A stretch of DNA of 64,000 bases from Pedosphaera sp. Its GTDB lineage: Bacteria; Verrucomicrobiota; Verrucomicrobiia; Limisphaerales; UBA9464. Below are positions 1-10,007 of the stretch, piece after piece; position 1 is the stretch's first letter, and every line of letters begins with the position of its first letter. Location: contig SIBK01000001.1 of NCBI GenBank assembly GCA_009695205.1, positions 48,690-112,689 on the forward strand, given 5' to 3'. The notes beneath the pieces are model-generated. The model was not told where the DNA came from. It ran no database searches and was given only the letters and a program-made list of their open reading frames with translations. The translations under genes and the position numbers were made by a program.

Positions 1-692
1 TACCGGCGCGTTAAAAGCCGCTGGTCCGGCATCAGTTCGATCACCTCCCGACCTTCGATGAGTGGCAAAGGCGGGTAAGCACCCGGCATCGCCTCGGGAT
101 GATTCGGCCACATGTCATTCGAGTACGGGAGGCCAAAATATTCATCGAATCCGTACGCAGTCGGCAAATGCGGAGCGCGTTGACCGAGATGCCATTTTCC
201 GAACATGGCGGTTGCGTAACCCGCCGCCTTGAGTGAGCGAGCAAGCGTCCACTCGTTGGTATTCATCGCAATCTTGGAGTTCGGACTCAGAGCGCCGTGG
301 ATTCCGATTCGATTCGCGTAACAACCGGTCAGCAGCGAAGCACGGGACGCGGAGCAGACGGGTTGCGACACGTAAAAACTCGTGAATCGAGTGCCCGCTC
401 GAGCGAGCCGATCGATATTCGGTGTTCGAACATTTTTTGCACCAAAGCATCCGACGTCGGCATACGCCAAATCATCACAAAAGATTAGAACGATATTCGG
501 TGGGCGCCGCGGAGTTCTTGCGGCGGCCGAAAACGGCAGCGACAGCGTTAGAAGAAGCGCCCCCGCGACCGAGCGCTGCAGGACGAGCCGGCAACAAAGT
601 CCAAACCGGGCGATGTTAAAAAGAGCCGAGCAGGAGATCACGCCAACAAGGATGATTTTCGAAAGGCTGTCTAGGCAACAAGGAATCCGCAT
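1..692 (-). CDS. Arylsulfatase (Cys-type formylglycine sulfatase), 3' end runs off the window
   Basis: Not in the ORF track. Manual translation of the minus strand gives PNIVLIFCDDLAYADVGCFG...TPNIDRLA...CSASRASLLTG...GKWHLG, which are sulfatase motifs. The start is either ATG at 692 or GTG at 641. Confidence 0.9.
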   Translation of the reverse strand, partial: MRIPCCLDSLSKIILVGVISCSALFNIARFGLCCRLVLQRSVAGALLLTLSLPFSAAARTPRRPPNIVLIFCDDLAYADVGCFGAKNVRTPNIDRLARAGTRFTSFYVSQPVCSASRASLLTGCYANRIGIHGALSPNSKIAMNTNEWTLARSLKAAGYATAMFGKWHLGQRAPHLPTAYGFDEYFGLPYSNDMWPNHPEAMPGAYPPLPLIEGREVIELMPDQRLLTRR

Positions 693-859
693 TTTTGACA
701 CCCCACGCTAGACTATTCCGAGGAATTGGCGGCAGGGGGAAACTTCTGCATCCGGGAAACGGCTGTCGTCACGCGGGCCTTGGGATCCATTGCCAACTCA
801 GGACTTTCGGTGACTTTGAACATTGCACATCCTCCGATCATTCTGCATCGTCTCGATCC

Positions 860-2254
860 ATGAAGGTTACCTTTTACGGTGCCGCCCGCACCACGACGGG
901 TTCTCAGTATCTAATTGAAGTGAACGGGCAACGCATTCTGATGGAGTGCGGATTGTATCAGGGCCGGCGCGAAGAGTCCCTCGAGCGTAACCGGAACTTT
1001 GCATTCGATCCAAAAACGATCGATGTGGCGGTAGTGAGCCATGCCCACATTGATCACGTGGGGAACTTTCCAAATCTTTATAGACAAGGATTTCGGTCCA
1101 ACATTTTCTGCACCTTTGCCACCCGAGACCTCTCTGCCCTTATGCTCGCCGATTCCGCGGAAATCCAACGGGCGGATTGCGAATTCATCTCCAAACAGAG
1201 AGCCAAGAAGGGGCTCCCACCGGTCGAGCCCCTATACGATGCCCATGACGCCCACAAAGTGTCGGAACTATTCGTCACCATCAGCTATGACCGCCCGATG
1301 CTGATCGCCCCGGGCGTGAAGGTAACGTTCGTGGATGCCGGCCATATTCTAGGTGCCGCGCAAGTAATCCTCGATGTTGATGAAAATGGCAGGAAATTTC
1401 GCTACCTGTTCAGCGGTGATGTTGGCCGCCCCAACCAGGATGTTCTCCGGGATCCCGTACCCGTCGAAAACGTCGATTTTCTCCAGATGGAAAGCACCTA
1501 CGGCGATCGCGAGCACCATGATCCGGTCGACGCCCGCGGCGACCTATGCCGCCTGATTTCCGAGACAATAAAGCGGGGTGGCAATGTGGTTATTCCCGCA
1601 TTCGCCGTCGGACGAACTCAGCAGCTTGTCTATGAGCTCCATCAACTGACGGATGAAGGCAAATTGGACCGTGTGCCAATCTTTGTAGACAGTCCGCTGG
1701 CCGTAAATGCCACGGAAATATTCCGCCTCCACCCGGAGTGCTTTGACGAGCAGACCTACGAATATCTCCACAATAAGGGGAACCCTTTCGGGATGGAGAA
1801 TCTCACTTACATCCGGGATGTCGCGTACTCCAAGAAGCTCAATGAACTCAAGGATCCCTGCATCATCATCAGTGCATCGGGAATGGCTGAAGCCGGCCGG
1901 ATCCGGCACCACTTGATCAATCACGGAAAATGCCCGAAAAACCTGATTCTATTTGTTGGTTTCTGCGCAGAACACACGCTGGGAGCGCATATTCTCTCCG
2001 GGGCTAAGGTCGTCAATATTTTCGGAGAACTGCACGAGATTAACGCGCAAGTCGCTCGAATCGATGCATTCTCAGGCCACGCGGGAAAATCCGAATTGAT
2101 TCAGTACGTAAAGGCGATCACGGGCAATATCCGCAAGATCACCGTGGTGCACGGAGACGAACCGTCCGCGCTCGCCTGGGGTGATACCCTTCGGAAGATA
2201 AAACCAAATGCCGAGGTCATTGTTCCCGTTCGCGGGCAGTCCGTTGAATTTTAG
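860..2254 (+). CDS. MBL-fold beta-CASP metallo-hydrolase/ribonuclease
   Basis: MKVTFYGAARTTTGS start, SHAHIDH, AGHILG, MESTYG, FSGHA and VHGD motifs. ATG at 860 is preferred over 695. Confidence 0.9.
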   Translation: MKVTFYGAARTTTGSQYLIEVNGQRILMECGLYQGRREESLERNRNFAFDPKTIDVAVVSHAHIDHVGNFPNLYRQGFRSNIFCTFATRDLSALMLADSAEIQRADCEFISKQRAKKGLPPVEPLYDAHDAHKVSELFVTISYDRPMLIAPGVKVTFVDAGHILGAAQVILDVDENGRKFRYLFSGDVGRPNQDVLRDPVPVENVDFLQMESTYGDREHHDPVDARGDLCRLISETIKRGGNVVIPAFAVGRTQQLVYELHQLTDEGKLDRVPIFVDSPLAVNATEIFRLHPECFDEQTYEYLHNKGNPFGMENLTYIRDVAYSKKLNELKDPCIIISASGMAEAGRIRHHLINHGKCPKNLILFVGFCAEHTLGAHILSGAKVVNIFGELHEINAQVARIDAFSGHAGKSELIQYVKAITGNIRKITVVHGDEPSALAWGDTLRKIKPNAEVIVPVRGQSVEF

Positions 2255-2389
2255 CGCCTCAAGAACGGCGAATTGTTTGCCACCACAGTGGGGCCTTCCA
2301 CGACTCTTTCACTCTTCGCCGATATCGGCGGAACGGGTTCGCATGCCCCTCGTTCTCTTTAGCGCTTCTTTGCGACACTTTCCACGCGC

Positions 2390-4573
2390 TCAAGGCACCA
2401 ATTCCCCCTGCTCATCCAGTTCCGGAAACCAGCGTCGCGCTAACGCCGCCTTTCCAATGGCCGTTTTCGGACAGCGACGCACTAACGTCTTGTAAAATCG
2501 GTCCGCAGCCTTGGGATCACGGTACTTCAGCCACGAACCACTTTCAGAGAGGAACCTCGCTGCCTCCCCGGAGTTGTCCGGCAGGAGCCCGGAGGCCTCC
2601 AAGGCAAGATCCGCCCCCGTATAACGGTAGTGGAAACGGGTATCGGGATTCGCAGGTTCTCGGGTCGCCCGGCGTTGCTCCTCCACACTCGCGCGGTTGA
2701 TTCGTGGCAAGCCGTTCGTCCATTCGACGCGATCTCTACGACTCCGCTCGGGGCTCACACGACCCGCAAGGGTGATCCCTTCCTCAAATTGCCCCCCGTA
2801 AATTGAATAGTCCGGCTCCAACTCGGTACCCATCAACTCGAGTCCTTCCCATTGCGCAATCCGGGCGGCAGCCATCAAGGCGCGAGCTCGCTCGAGCGCC
2901 GAGAGCCGCGGATCGCGACCGCGCTTCAGTGTCGTCCCATAGACCCCAAGTCGGGATTTCAGTTCCTCCGGTAGAAAGACACGCGCCTCCGCGTATCGGC
3001 CAGCACGAATGAGTCGCCGCGCCAGCAGATGACGAACGTGCCCCGCCAGCTCGGCTCGGCCCTGCGCCACCCCCGCCGGCGACTCATCGGTTGCCTTCCG
3101 TATCGCAACGGGTGTTGGCCAGCGTCTTCGGACATATTCGTGGAGTTCAGCTAAAGTCAGCACCCGTTCCGAAACCCATGCCGCGTCATCCCAAAACCCA
3201 GCCCGCAGAAACGTATCGAGACTGTCAACATAATCACCGCGCGCCAGTTTCAACGTGGCAAGTTCTCCAAGAATCTGGTTTCCGGCGCCGTCATCGATTT
3301 TCTGGTTGCGTTCCCGTTCGAACGGATACTGCCATCCGGAGTATACATTAGGCGCCATCCCCTCTTCGGAACGGCGGGCGCCATTCACCGGAAATTTTAG
3401 CGTTAGGGAGGCGAGTAATTGGGCGGCCTGGTCCACCTTCCCCTCCCGGAGATAGAGCTTTGCACGAAGCCACTGGGCAGCCGGTTTGAATCCGGCCATC
3501 GACAACCACTCTTTCGCCGCCGTGAATTCACCGGACTGGTACGCCAGCAGGGCCAGCTGTTCAGCCGCCTCAACATCGCGGGCTCCTGCGGCTCGGAGCA
3601 TTTCGAGCCACTTCGCGCCATCCGCGTTCTGCCTCATCGCCTCCGCTGGGTCGTATTCGACCCGTTGTTCGGCGATCATCAACGCTGTGATCAATCGCCT
3701 CCCGCGCGGATCCGCAGCGAACCCTTTCACTGTGCGTTCACCTTCCGCCCAGGCCTTTCGCGCCAGCCAACGCAACGAAGCGCATGCCGATGAATCTCTC
3801 GCCGCGAATTGCTCGAGATATAGATCGCAGGCCGGTAGCAATGGCCCGGCTTCATAATGTGTCTTCGCCTCCCGCCCAAGGCTGTCCACCGCCAGATGCA
3901 ACGAATCAGCAAAACCCTGATGCGCGAGCGCGCGAACCTCTTGAAATCGCCCCCGCGCACGGAGGACATCGGTCGTTTCGGCAGCACGCCCCAGCATATA
4001 GGCAGCCCAAGTCGATTTGAATCGCCTTGCACCGGGTGGGAGCGCCAGTACTTCCTCCCACGCCGCCTTCGCCCCCCGAACGTCGCCTCCATACCAGGCG
4101 ACGGCCCCACGAAAATAGCCTGCGAACTCCGCGGGTAATTCCCTTACCGGCTTCAACTGTTCAATTGCACGCCGCCAACCGGACTGCCGAGCGTCCCAGC
4201 CTTCTCCATAGGGCTCTTCCTCGATCTTCCGGATGAGCCGCTCGAGCTTGCGTCGCACTGTCTCGTAGCGGCTCACTATAGAATGCGCGTCGGAAACTCC
4301 AGCCAGCGCTGCCCTTAGATCCTCAAGATCTACCCCGGCGGCGTCCGTTGTGAAACCCCGGGTTGTCCCGGTGTCTCGGGCACGATATGCAGTCGTGATA
4401 AGATGCATCCGTTGAAGTTCGTCACGGAAATCGACTTGTGGCGCCAACAGGAGCACCGAGTCACCGCCGTCGAGAAAACGGTTCGGAAAATCCGGGCCAC
4501 ACGCCAGCGCCGCCTCAATAACCATTACCGTCAGTACCCGTCGCAACCACCGATCATTCTGTCTCCAGTTCAA
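2390..4573 (-). CDS. Exported helical/TPR-like hypothetical protein, partner of the DUF3142 gene
   Basis: 727-aa ORF with a signal-like N-terminus ending ALA-CGPDFP and an Ala/Arg-rich helical sequence. It overlaps the end of the upstream gene by 20 nt. Confidence 0.7.
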   Translation of the reverse strand: MNWRQNDRWLRRVLTVMVIEAALACGPDFPNRFLDGGDSVLLLAPQVDFRDELQRMHLITTAYRARDTGTTRGFTTDAAGVDLEDLRAALAGVSDAHSIVSRYETVRRKLERLIRKIEEEPYGEGWDARQSGWRRAIEQLKPVRELPAEFAGYFRGAVAWYGGDVRGAKAAWEEVLALPPGARRFKSTWAAYMLGRAAETTDVLRARGRFQEVRALAHQGFADSLHLAVDSLGREAKTHYEAGPLLPACDLYLEQFAARDSSACASLRWLARKAWAEGERTVKGFAADPRGRRLITALMIAEQRVEYDPAEAMRQNADGAKWLEMLRAAGARDVEAAEQLALLAYQSGEFTAAKEWLSMAGFKPAAQWLRAKLYLREGKVDQAAQLLASLTLKFPVNGARRSEEGMAPNVYSGWQYPFERERNQKIDDGAGNQILGELATLKLARGDYVDSLDTFLRAGFWDDAAWVSERVLTLAELHEYVRRRWPTPVAIRKATDESPAGVAQGRAELAGHVRHLLARRLIRAGRYAEARVFLPEELKSRLGVYGTTLKRGRDPRLSALERARALMAAARIAQWEGLELMGTELEPDYSIYGGQFEEGITLAGRVSPERSRRDRVEWTNGLPRINRASVEEQRRATREPANPDTRFHYRYTGADLALEASGLLPDNSGEAARFLSESGSWLKYRDPKAADRFYKTLVRRCPKTAIGKAALARRWFPELDEQGELVP

Positions 4574-5936
4574 TCTGCACCTCTCTTTCTTCCGTTAGCC
4601 GTAACCAGCCGGCAACCCGACGTTCGCCCGGCCGAAGTTGCACCAAACCCGACCGAAGATTCAGCGTATCCGCTGATTCACCCACCGATTCAAATCCTGC
4701 AAGCGCATCGCGCGCTTCCAACTGGGCTCCCTTCCATGATAATTTTGCCGTGACGGGTCCTAGATAATTGGCCGCACCGTCGTTGCAGACAAAAACCTCG
4801 GTCACGTTCGGTTTTGACCGCCTCGTCTCCCAGCGCAAGACGGGTGTTGGAAATTCGCCGTTCATTACCGTTTCCAGCGTCGGCCACCGCCAGTTACGCT
4901 CGTCCCGGGCGGTCGGGAAACGATACCAAAGGATTCCGGTCAAACCCGATGGCGGCCGCGACGTCCAGTCCCGGACCAGACCGACGATGGACGCCGGATC
5001 GGTCGACACGACCCTCAATTGTGCGCCCTCAGGCCAGGCGGACTTGGGACCCTCGGCGGACAAACCGAGAAAGTTCCCGCGGACATCGAATGCCACGAGA
5101 TAACCATACGTGGGCAGTGCCACACGAAACGGCACCCCAAGCCGACTCGCTGTCGCTACCGCTCTCCGAGCAGCGTCCGGATCACAAAGAATGAATGGGG
5201 CACTGATAGTACGCGGCCGCTCCAGCGAGTGCACCTGGAGGACATAGCCCTCGGTGGCACGCGCCAGCGATTGGAACTCACGTCGCTTCAGCCAAGCAGG
5301 CAGGGCTGTGATGGTGAGGGGAGTTCGACCGAGCCGTGGACGTAGCTGCTCCAGCCATCGCCGATACCCCTCGAGACGGTTCTCGGCACAATCAAAATCG
5401 ATTTGAAATTCCGCTAAATCCAACCGATTGGATACCGCCTGAGAAAGCATCCCTTGGACCAGATCGTCGAGGACCGCCGCCCCGGCTTTGTTCGTTGCGA
5501 ACGTCCCGGAGTATCCTCCAATTCGTAGGCAGAGCCCAATCGGCCTGTCGAGCTTTCGCAACAAAGCATGATCGATCGGAACACGAATGACCCGGGGACC
5601 ATCTCGCTTCCAGGCGACTTCTGCGCCCAGCACAACAAGTCCAGCCATCTTCGGTCCGTGATCGATCAATGCGTCTTGCACTGAGGCGGTCCAGTCGCGT
5701 TGCCATACATAGGCCTGTTGCGGCAAGGGGCTCGTCCTGACACCCGGATCGCCGGAACTCTGTGACTGGAAAAACCTCCATGCCACGGCAAATCCGAGGA
5801 GGGCAATAAGTCCCAAGATCCCGGGTCGGACCCCGTAGGCGATCGAATGTTTGCCGAGGGCGGTTGAGGATGGCGCGATAGGGCGGCATCCGGGCCGGCA
5901 AGTCCAATTCACCCAGGCTTGTGAAATATGTTTCAA
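4554..5936 (-). CDS. DUF3142-family protein (GH18-like TIM barrel)
   Basis: AYVWQRDW, FQIDFDC, ITALPAW, YVLQVH and VALPTYG motifs, with an N-terminal membrane anchor. Start codon uncertain. Confidence 0.75.
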   Translation of the reverse strand: MKHISQAWVNWTCRPGCRPIAPSSTALGKHSIAYGVRPGILGLIALLGFAVAWRFFQSQSSGDPGVRTSPLPQQAYVWQRDWTASVQDALIDHGPKMAGLVVLGAEVAWKRDGPRVIRVPIDHALLRKLDRPIGLCLRIGGYSGTFATNKAGAAVLDDLVQGMLSQAVSNRLDLAEFQIDFDCAENRLEGYRRWLEQLRPRLGRTPLTITALPAWLKRREFQSLARATEGYVLQVHSLERPRTISAPFILCDPDAARRAVATASRLGVPFRVALPTYGYLVAFDVRGNFLGLSAEGPKSAWPEGAQLRVVSTDPASIVGLVRDWTSRPPSGLTGILWYRFPTARDERNWRWPTLETVMNGEFPTPVLRWETRRSKPNVTEVFVCNDGAANYLGPVTAKLSWKGAQLEARDALAGFESVGESADTLNLRSGLVQLRPGERRVAGWLRLTEEREVQIELETE

Positions 5937-6101
5937 GCCCTTTCAGTCTTCGGGACCGCTCCCAGACAGCAAGCTTCCGTGAAAGATGTTATTCACTGAT
6001 GCGACGGAGGGTGAAATGGAGCTCAGCGGCGAAAGGCTGCCCCGCATTCCGCCTGCGGTTGCGGATTGATCGACACCCGAATCCCGCTAGGCTAACGGCC
6101 C

Positions 6102-6602
6102 TTGAACGATGATCTTGAAAAGGCTTTCCGAAAGGTGTTCGGTCTGTTCCTCCTCACCCTCTTTGCCTATGTGACGGTCTTCGGTGCGTGCCAGGCCTAT
6201 CGGAGGCGGAACGGCGCCTGGACGATCACCTTTGACCGAGGGTTGGACGGAACCCCGGTGCTCCGGGTCGAACAGCCCAAGCTCCTGGCAGCCGGCGCCG
6301 TGAGTCTATCTTTCCCGGGAGAAGCTCTCAAACGGACAGATTTGCCGATCACAGCGGTTTTCAATTATCCCATCACCAATGCGATGCCCTTCGGTCCCGT
6401 GATCTTTGTGGATACATCCCAGCTACCGGGAGTCGTCACGCTGAATGTGTTCGGGCACGCAGTGGAGATTTTTCCGAGAACTTTGCGTCTCGATTTTCAG
6501 GAAATTCCCTGGAACCCAGGGACCAACATCATCGTCGCCGCTAGTGCGAAGCCGCCAGCGGAAAAATTGAATCAACATGATCAACAGTGGAAGGGCCGGT
6601 AG
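6102..6602 (+). CDS. Hypothetical membrane-anchored protein
   Basis: 166-aa ORF with one N-terminal hydrophobic helix, co-oriented with prmC. Confidence 0.65.
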   Translation: MNDDLEKAFRKVFGLFLLTLFAYVTVFGACQAYRRRNGAWTITFDRGLDGTPVLRVEQPKLLAAGAVSLSFPGEALKRTDLPITAVFNYPITNAMPFGPVIFVDTSQLPGVVTLNVFGHAVEIFPRTLRLDFQEIPWNPGTNIIVAASAKPPAEKLNQHDQQWKGR

Positions 6603-6653
6603 AGGTGACTGTCATTGGTCTCACGAAGAATTGATTTTGCGGATTATTCTGCC

Positions 6654-7538
6654 ATGACCCTGCGGGCCGCGATCCAAGCCGGTACAACGGTGCTCTCCGC
6701 AGCCGGCGTCGAATCCCCAGCCCTGAACGCCGAGGAACTGGTCGCCTCTACGGTTGGTCGCCGGCGACTCCAGGTTCTGTTGCAGCTGGACGAAACCCTC
6801 GACGCGGGACAGATCAACCGATTGGAGTCGCTCATCGAAAGACGGGCTCGACGCGAGCCACTGCAACACATGCTTGGCACGGTTGCATTTCTGGAACACG
6901 AAATGCGCGTCACTCCGGATGTCCTGATCCCGCGCCCGGAAACCGAATGCCTCGCCCGCGAAGCCTTGCAACTGCTAGATCGAACGTACGTCCCACACCC
7001 GATCGTCCTCGACTTCGGAACCGGCTCGGGCTGTCTGGCCATCAGCATTGCCAGCGGGTTTCGAGGCAGTCTCGTCCATGCGCTCGACATCTCATCGCCC
7101 GCTCTCGAAGTGGCAAGAGGCAACGCGGAACGCAATGGGGTGGCCGACCGCGTTCGGTTCCATCAGGGGGATGGATTTGCGGCGTTGCACGACGTGGCAA
7201 CGCCTGGACACTCGCTCCTCCAATTCAACTTGATTGTCTCGAATCCACCCTACGTTCCGTCCGCAGAGATCAGCTCGCTCGACCCGGAGGTTCGCAACTA
7301 CGATCCCCGTGCAGCGTTGGATGGCGGGCCCGACGGCTTGAAGTTCTACCGACTTCTTTCCACAGAGGCACCCGGATGGCTAAAACCCGGCGGATGGCTC
7401 GCAATGGAGTTTGGGGACGGCCAGACGTATGACCTAACCGCAATTTTCACGGTGAATAACTGGACGGAGCTGCGGGTGGAGAAAGACTTGAGCGGGCGGG
7501 ATCGAATCCTCATCGTTCGCTTGCCCGGGGGTTCGTAA
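6654..7538 (+). CDS. prmC: Release factor glutamine methyltransferase
   Basis: REPLQH, VLIPRPETE, DFGTGSG, SNPPY and ALDGGPDGL motifs. Confidence 0.95.
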   Translation: MTLRAAIQAGTTVLSAAGVESPALNAEELVASTVGRRRLQVLLQLDETLDAGQINRLESLIERRARREPLQHMLGTVAFLEHEMRVTPDVLIPRPETECLAREALQLLDRTYVPHPIVLDFGTGSGCLAISIASGFRGSLVHALDISSPALEVARGNAERNGVADRVRFHQGDGFAALHDVATPGHSLLQFNLIVSNPPYVPSAEISSLDPEVRNYDPRAALDGGPDGLKFYRLLSTEAPGWLKPGGWLAMEFGDGQTYDLTAIFTVNNWTELRVEKDLSGRDRILIVRLPGGS

Positions 7539-7649
7539 GCGATAACGGGCGGCCATTGCAGACGGGGCGCGAATCCACGCGCCCAATGCACGCACCGCCC
7601 GCAACAACAGCCCGGATACACCGCCCTTATGCGGTGCGGAAGTTTCACA

Positions 7650-8912
7650 ATGGACAGTTTTCTTATCCACGGTGGTTTGCCGCTTCACGGCGATGTGCAG
7701 ATCGGCGGCTCAAAAAATGCCGTGCTGCCAATCATGGCCGCAACCCTTCTAACCGCGGAGACATGCGTCATCCACCGGGTCCCGGATTTAAGTGATGTTC
7801 GGTTCATGGCGAGGATTTTGGAATCGCTTGGGGCCGAGGTCCGTTTCGAAGGCGGCACCCTCACCATCCGGGCTGCAGCAATCCAGGGGTTTGGTGACTA
7901 CGAACTGATCCGCAAAATGCGGGGTTCAATTTGCATCCTCGGTCCACTCGTCGCCCGCCTGCAGACCGCAACGGTTTCGCTGCCCGGCGGCTGCGTTATC
8001 GGCACCCGACCCATCGACCTCCACCTAAAGGGACTCGCTGCGCTCGGTGCCAAACTGACCATCGACAGCGGCTATGTCCGAGCCGAATCCCCCCGGCTGA
8101 ATGGCGCAATCGTTTTCCTCGGAGGCCGGGCAGGCCCCACCGTCTTAGGTACAGCTAATATCCTGATGGCCGCCACTCTCGCGGATGGCGTGACGGTTAT
8201 CGAAAGCGCCGCTTGCGAGCCGGAGGTTGTCGATCTGGCCAATTTTTTGAGCTCGATGGGAGCGAAGATTTCGGGCATCGGCAGCCCCACCCTTACTGTC
8301 ACGGGGGTCCGGGAACTCCATGGCACCGATCACGAGGTGATCGGCGACCGCATCGAGGCAGGGACGTTTGCAGCGGCAGCGGCAGCGACCGGTGGCGAGG
8401 TCGTCCTCCACGGAGCCCGCCCCGAACACCTCACCGCCGTGCTCGACAAACTCCACGAGGCGGGCGTCCGCACCGAACGTACCCAGGGAGCCCTCACCAT
8501 CAAAGCGGGTCGGACCCTCAGGCCCGTGGACATCACAACCATGCCCTACCCGGGTTTCCCCACCGATATGCAGGCACAGCTGATGACGTTGATGTGCCTC
8601 GCACCTGGCACCAGCGTCATCACAGAGCGGATCTTCGAATCGCGGTTCATGCATGCGGCAGAGTTGATGAGATTGGGAGCTGACATTTCGATCGAAGGGC
8701 CCAGCGCTATTGTAAAGGGTGGACGCCCGATAAGCGGAGCTCCCGTCATGGCCAGTGATCTGCGGGCCAGCGCAGCTCTCGTGATCGCCGGACTCGCAGG
8801 ACGAGGTGACACCCGGGTAAATCGCATCTACCATCTTGATCGAGGCTACGAGAAGATGGAGGAAAAGCTCCGGCGGCTTGGGGCCAAAATTGAAAGGGTT
8901 GACGGCGAATGA
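7650..8912 (+). CDS. murA: UDP-N-acetylglucosamine 1-carboxyvinyltransferase
   Basis: GSKNA, LPGGCVIGTRPIDLH, PYPGFPTDMQ, DLRASAAL and HLDRGYE motifs. Confidence 0.97.
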   Translation: MDSFLIHGGLPLHGDVQIGGSKNAVLPIMAATLLTAETCVIHRVPDLSDVRFMARILESLGAEVRFEGGTLTIRAAAIQGFGDYELIRKMRGSICILGPLVARLQTATVSLPGGCVIGTRPIDLHLKGLAALGAKLTIDSGYVRAESPRLNGAIVFLGGRAGPTVLGTANILMAATLADGVTVIESAACEPEVVDLANFLSSMGAKISGIGSPTLTVTGVRELHGTDHEVIGDRIEAGTFAAAAAATGGEVVLHGARPEHLTAVLDKLHEAGVRTERTQGALTIKAGRTLRPVDITTMPYPGFPTDMQAQLMTLMCLAPGTSVITERIFESRFMHAAELMRLGADISIEGPSAIVKGGRPISGAPVMASDLRASAALVIAGLAGRGDTRVNRIYHLDRGYEKMEEKLRRLGAKIERVDGE

Positions 8913-9322
8913 GCAAAATCATCGGTATTCTCATATTGGTGGCGTTCCTTTGGGCCTTTATGAAGTTCCGGGCCCTCTACACTCAGGTGCGACGGGACAC
9001 CGAAGGTCCTAGCAAGGAAGAACGGGCCGCCCAGGAGGCTGTTGCCGCCAATGCCCTGCCCGCCCTTCCGACGCCACAACTGGAAGCGTCTCTGCAGCAG
9101 GCAGTGACCGGTGGATCCACCGCCTTGAAAATCTGGCTGGACAAGTATGGTCAGTACGCGCCGGAATCCCGCCGCTCGGCCATCGAACTCGATTACGCTC
9201 AAATGCTGGTCCGCAGCAATCCCATGGAGGCCAAACGGGTCTTTCAATCCGCGAAAGCTCGATCGGGAGCCGACCCATTGCTATCCGACCGCATCAAAAA
9301 AATGGAGAAGACATTCCAATAA
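8909..9322 (+). CDS. Hypothetical membrane-anchored protein
   Basis: ATGA overlap with the murA stop; N-terminal TM helix. Confidence 0.7.
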   Translation: MSKIIGILILVAFLWAFMKFRALYTQVRRDTEGPSKEERAAQEAVAANALPALPTPQLEASLQQAVTGGSTALKIWLDKYGQYAPESRRSAIELDYAQMLVRSNPMEAKRVFQSAKARSGADPLLSDRIKKMEKTFQ

Positions 9323-9326
9323 GTAA

Positions 9327-9399
9327 GGGGTCGGTCAATAGTAACGTAGTATTTTGAATATGTTTCTGGCAGAATGCTACATTACTATTGACCGACCCC
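9327..9399. repeat. 73-bp inverted-repeat element (REP/MITE-like hairpin)
   Basis: Arm 9327-9353 (GGGGTCGGTCAATAGTAACGTAGTATT) matches the reverse complement of 9373-9399 at 25/27 positions. Confidence 0.85.
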
Positions 9400-9492
9400 A
9401 TATTCAAGCCTTGCAGCGTTCAAGAAATCCCGTAACAGTCATGAAAATCGCTGTCGGGTTTGCCTCACCTGCATCTCATCCCCTCTTGTTGA

Positions 9493-9963
9493 ATGGACAT
9501 CGCTTTCAAATGCCCGAACTGCACACAGGAGCTCGAAGTGGATTCCGGCGCCAGCGGCCAACAGATCACCTGCCCAGCCTGCTCCAAGACAATCACCATC
9601 CCCCCAGCGGACCCGACCAACCTGAGGGGTGGGAGCCCGGATGCCCCTCCCCCAGGCCGAGAGCACAAACATTTATCCGTCCCCGTTAGTGATGCCCCGG
9701 TGGCGACCCTCATTAAGAAGGCCCTGCCCCCCCTCGAATTAATCGCAAAGGACGGTCTGAGAGAGATCAAGATCAAGACAATCCGGCACGGCGACTGTCG
9801 GGAAGTGGGACACGATAACTTCGACAAGGTTGCCACCGAAATTCTCCAGAAAATCGGTCAAGAAAACATCATTTCGATCAAAACGATCAATTATTCCTAC
9901 ATCGAAAGTAGTAGTCAGAAATTGCTTACCGATTTCGGAATCCTGATCATTTTCAAAGGTTGA
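9493..9963 (+). CDS. Zinc-ribbon domain hypothetical protein
   Basis: N-terminal CPNC...CPAC followed by a Pro-rich linker and a globular C-terminus. Confidence 0.75.
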   Translation: MDIAFKCPNCTQELEVDSGASGQQITCPACSKTITIPPADPTNLRGGSPDAPPPGREHKHLSVPVSDAPVATLIKKALPPLELIAKDGLREIKIKTIRHGDCREVGHDNFDKVATEILQKIGQENIISIKTINYSYIESSSQKLLTDFGILIIFKG

Positions 9964-10007
9964 CCGGAGCCTGCCTCTTTGGACCCACGGAGCACTCTCG
10001 TTTAGCG

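Noticed and set aside
695-714. Sigma70 promoter TTGACA...TAGACT upstream of the MBL gene
   Set aside because: The spacing is only 8 bp, incompatible with a canonical -35/-10 pair.
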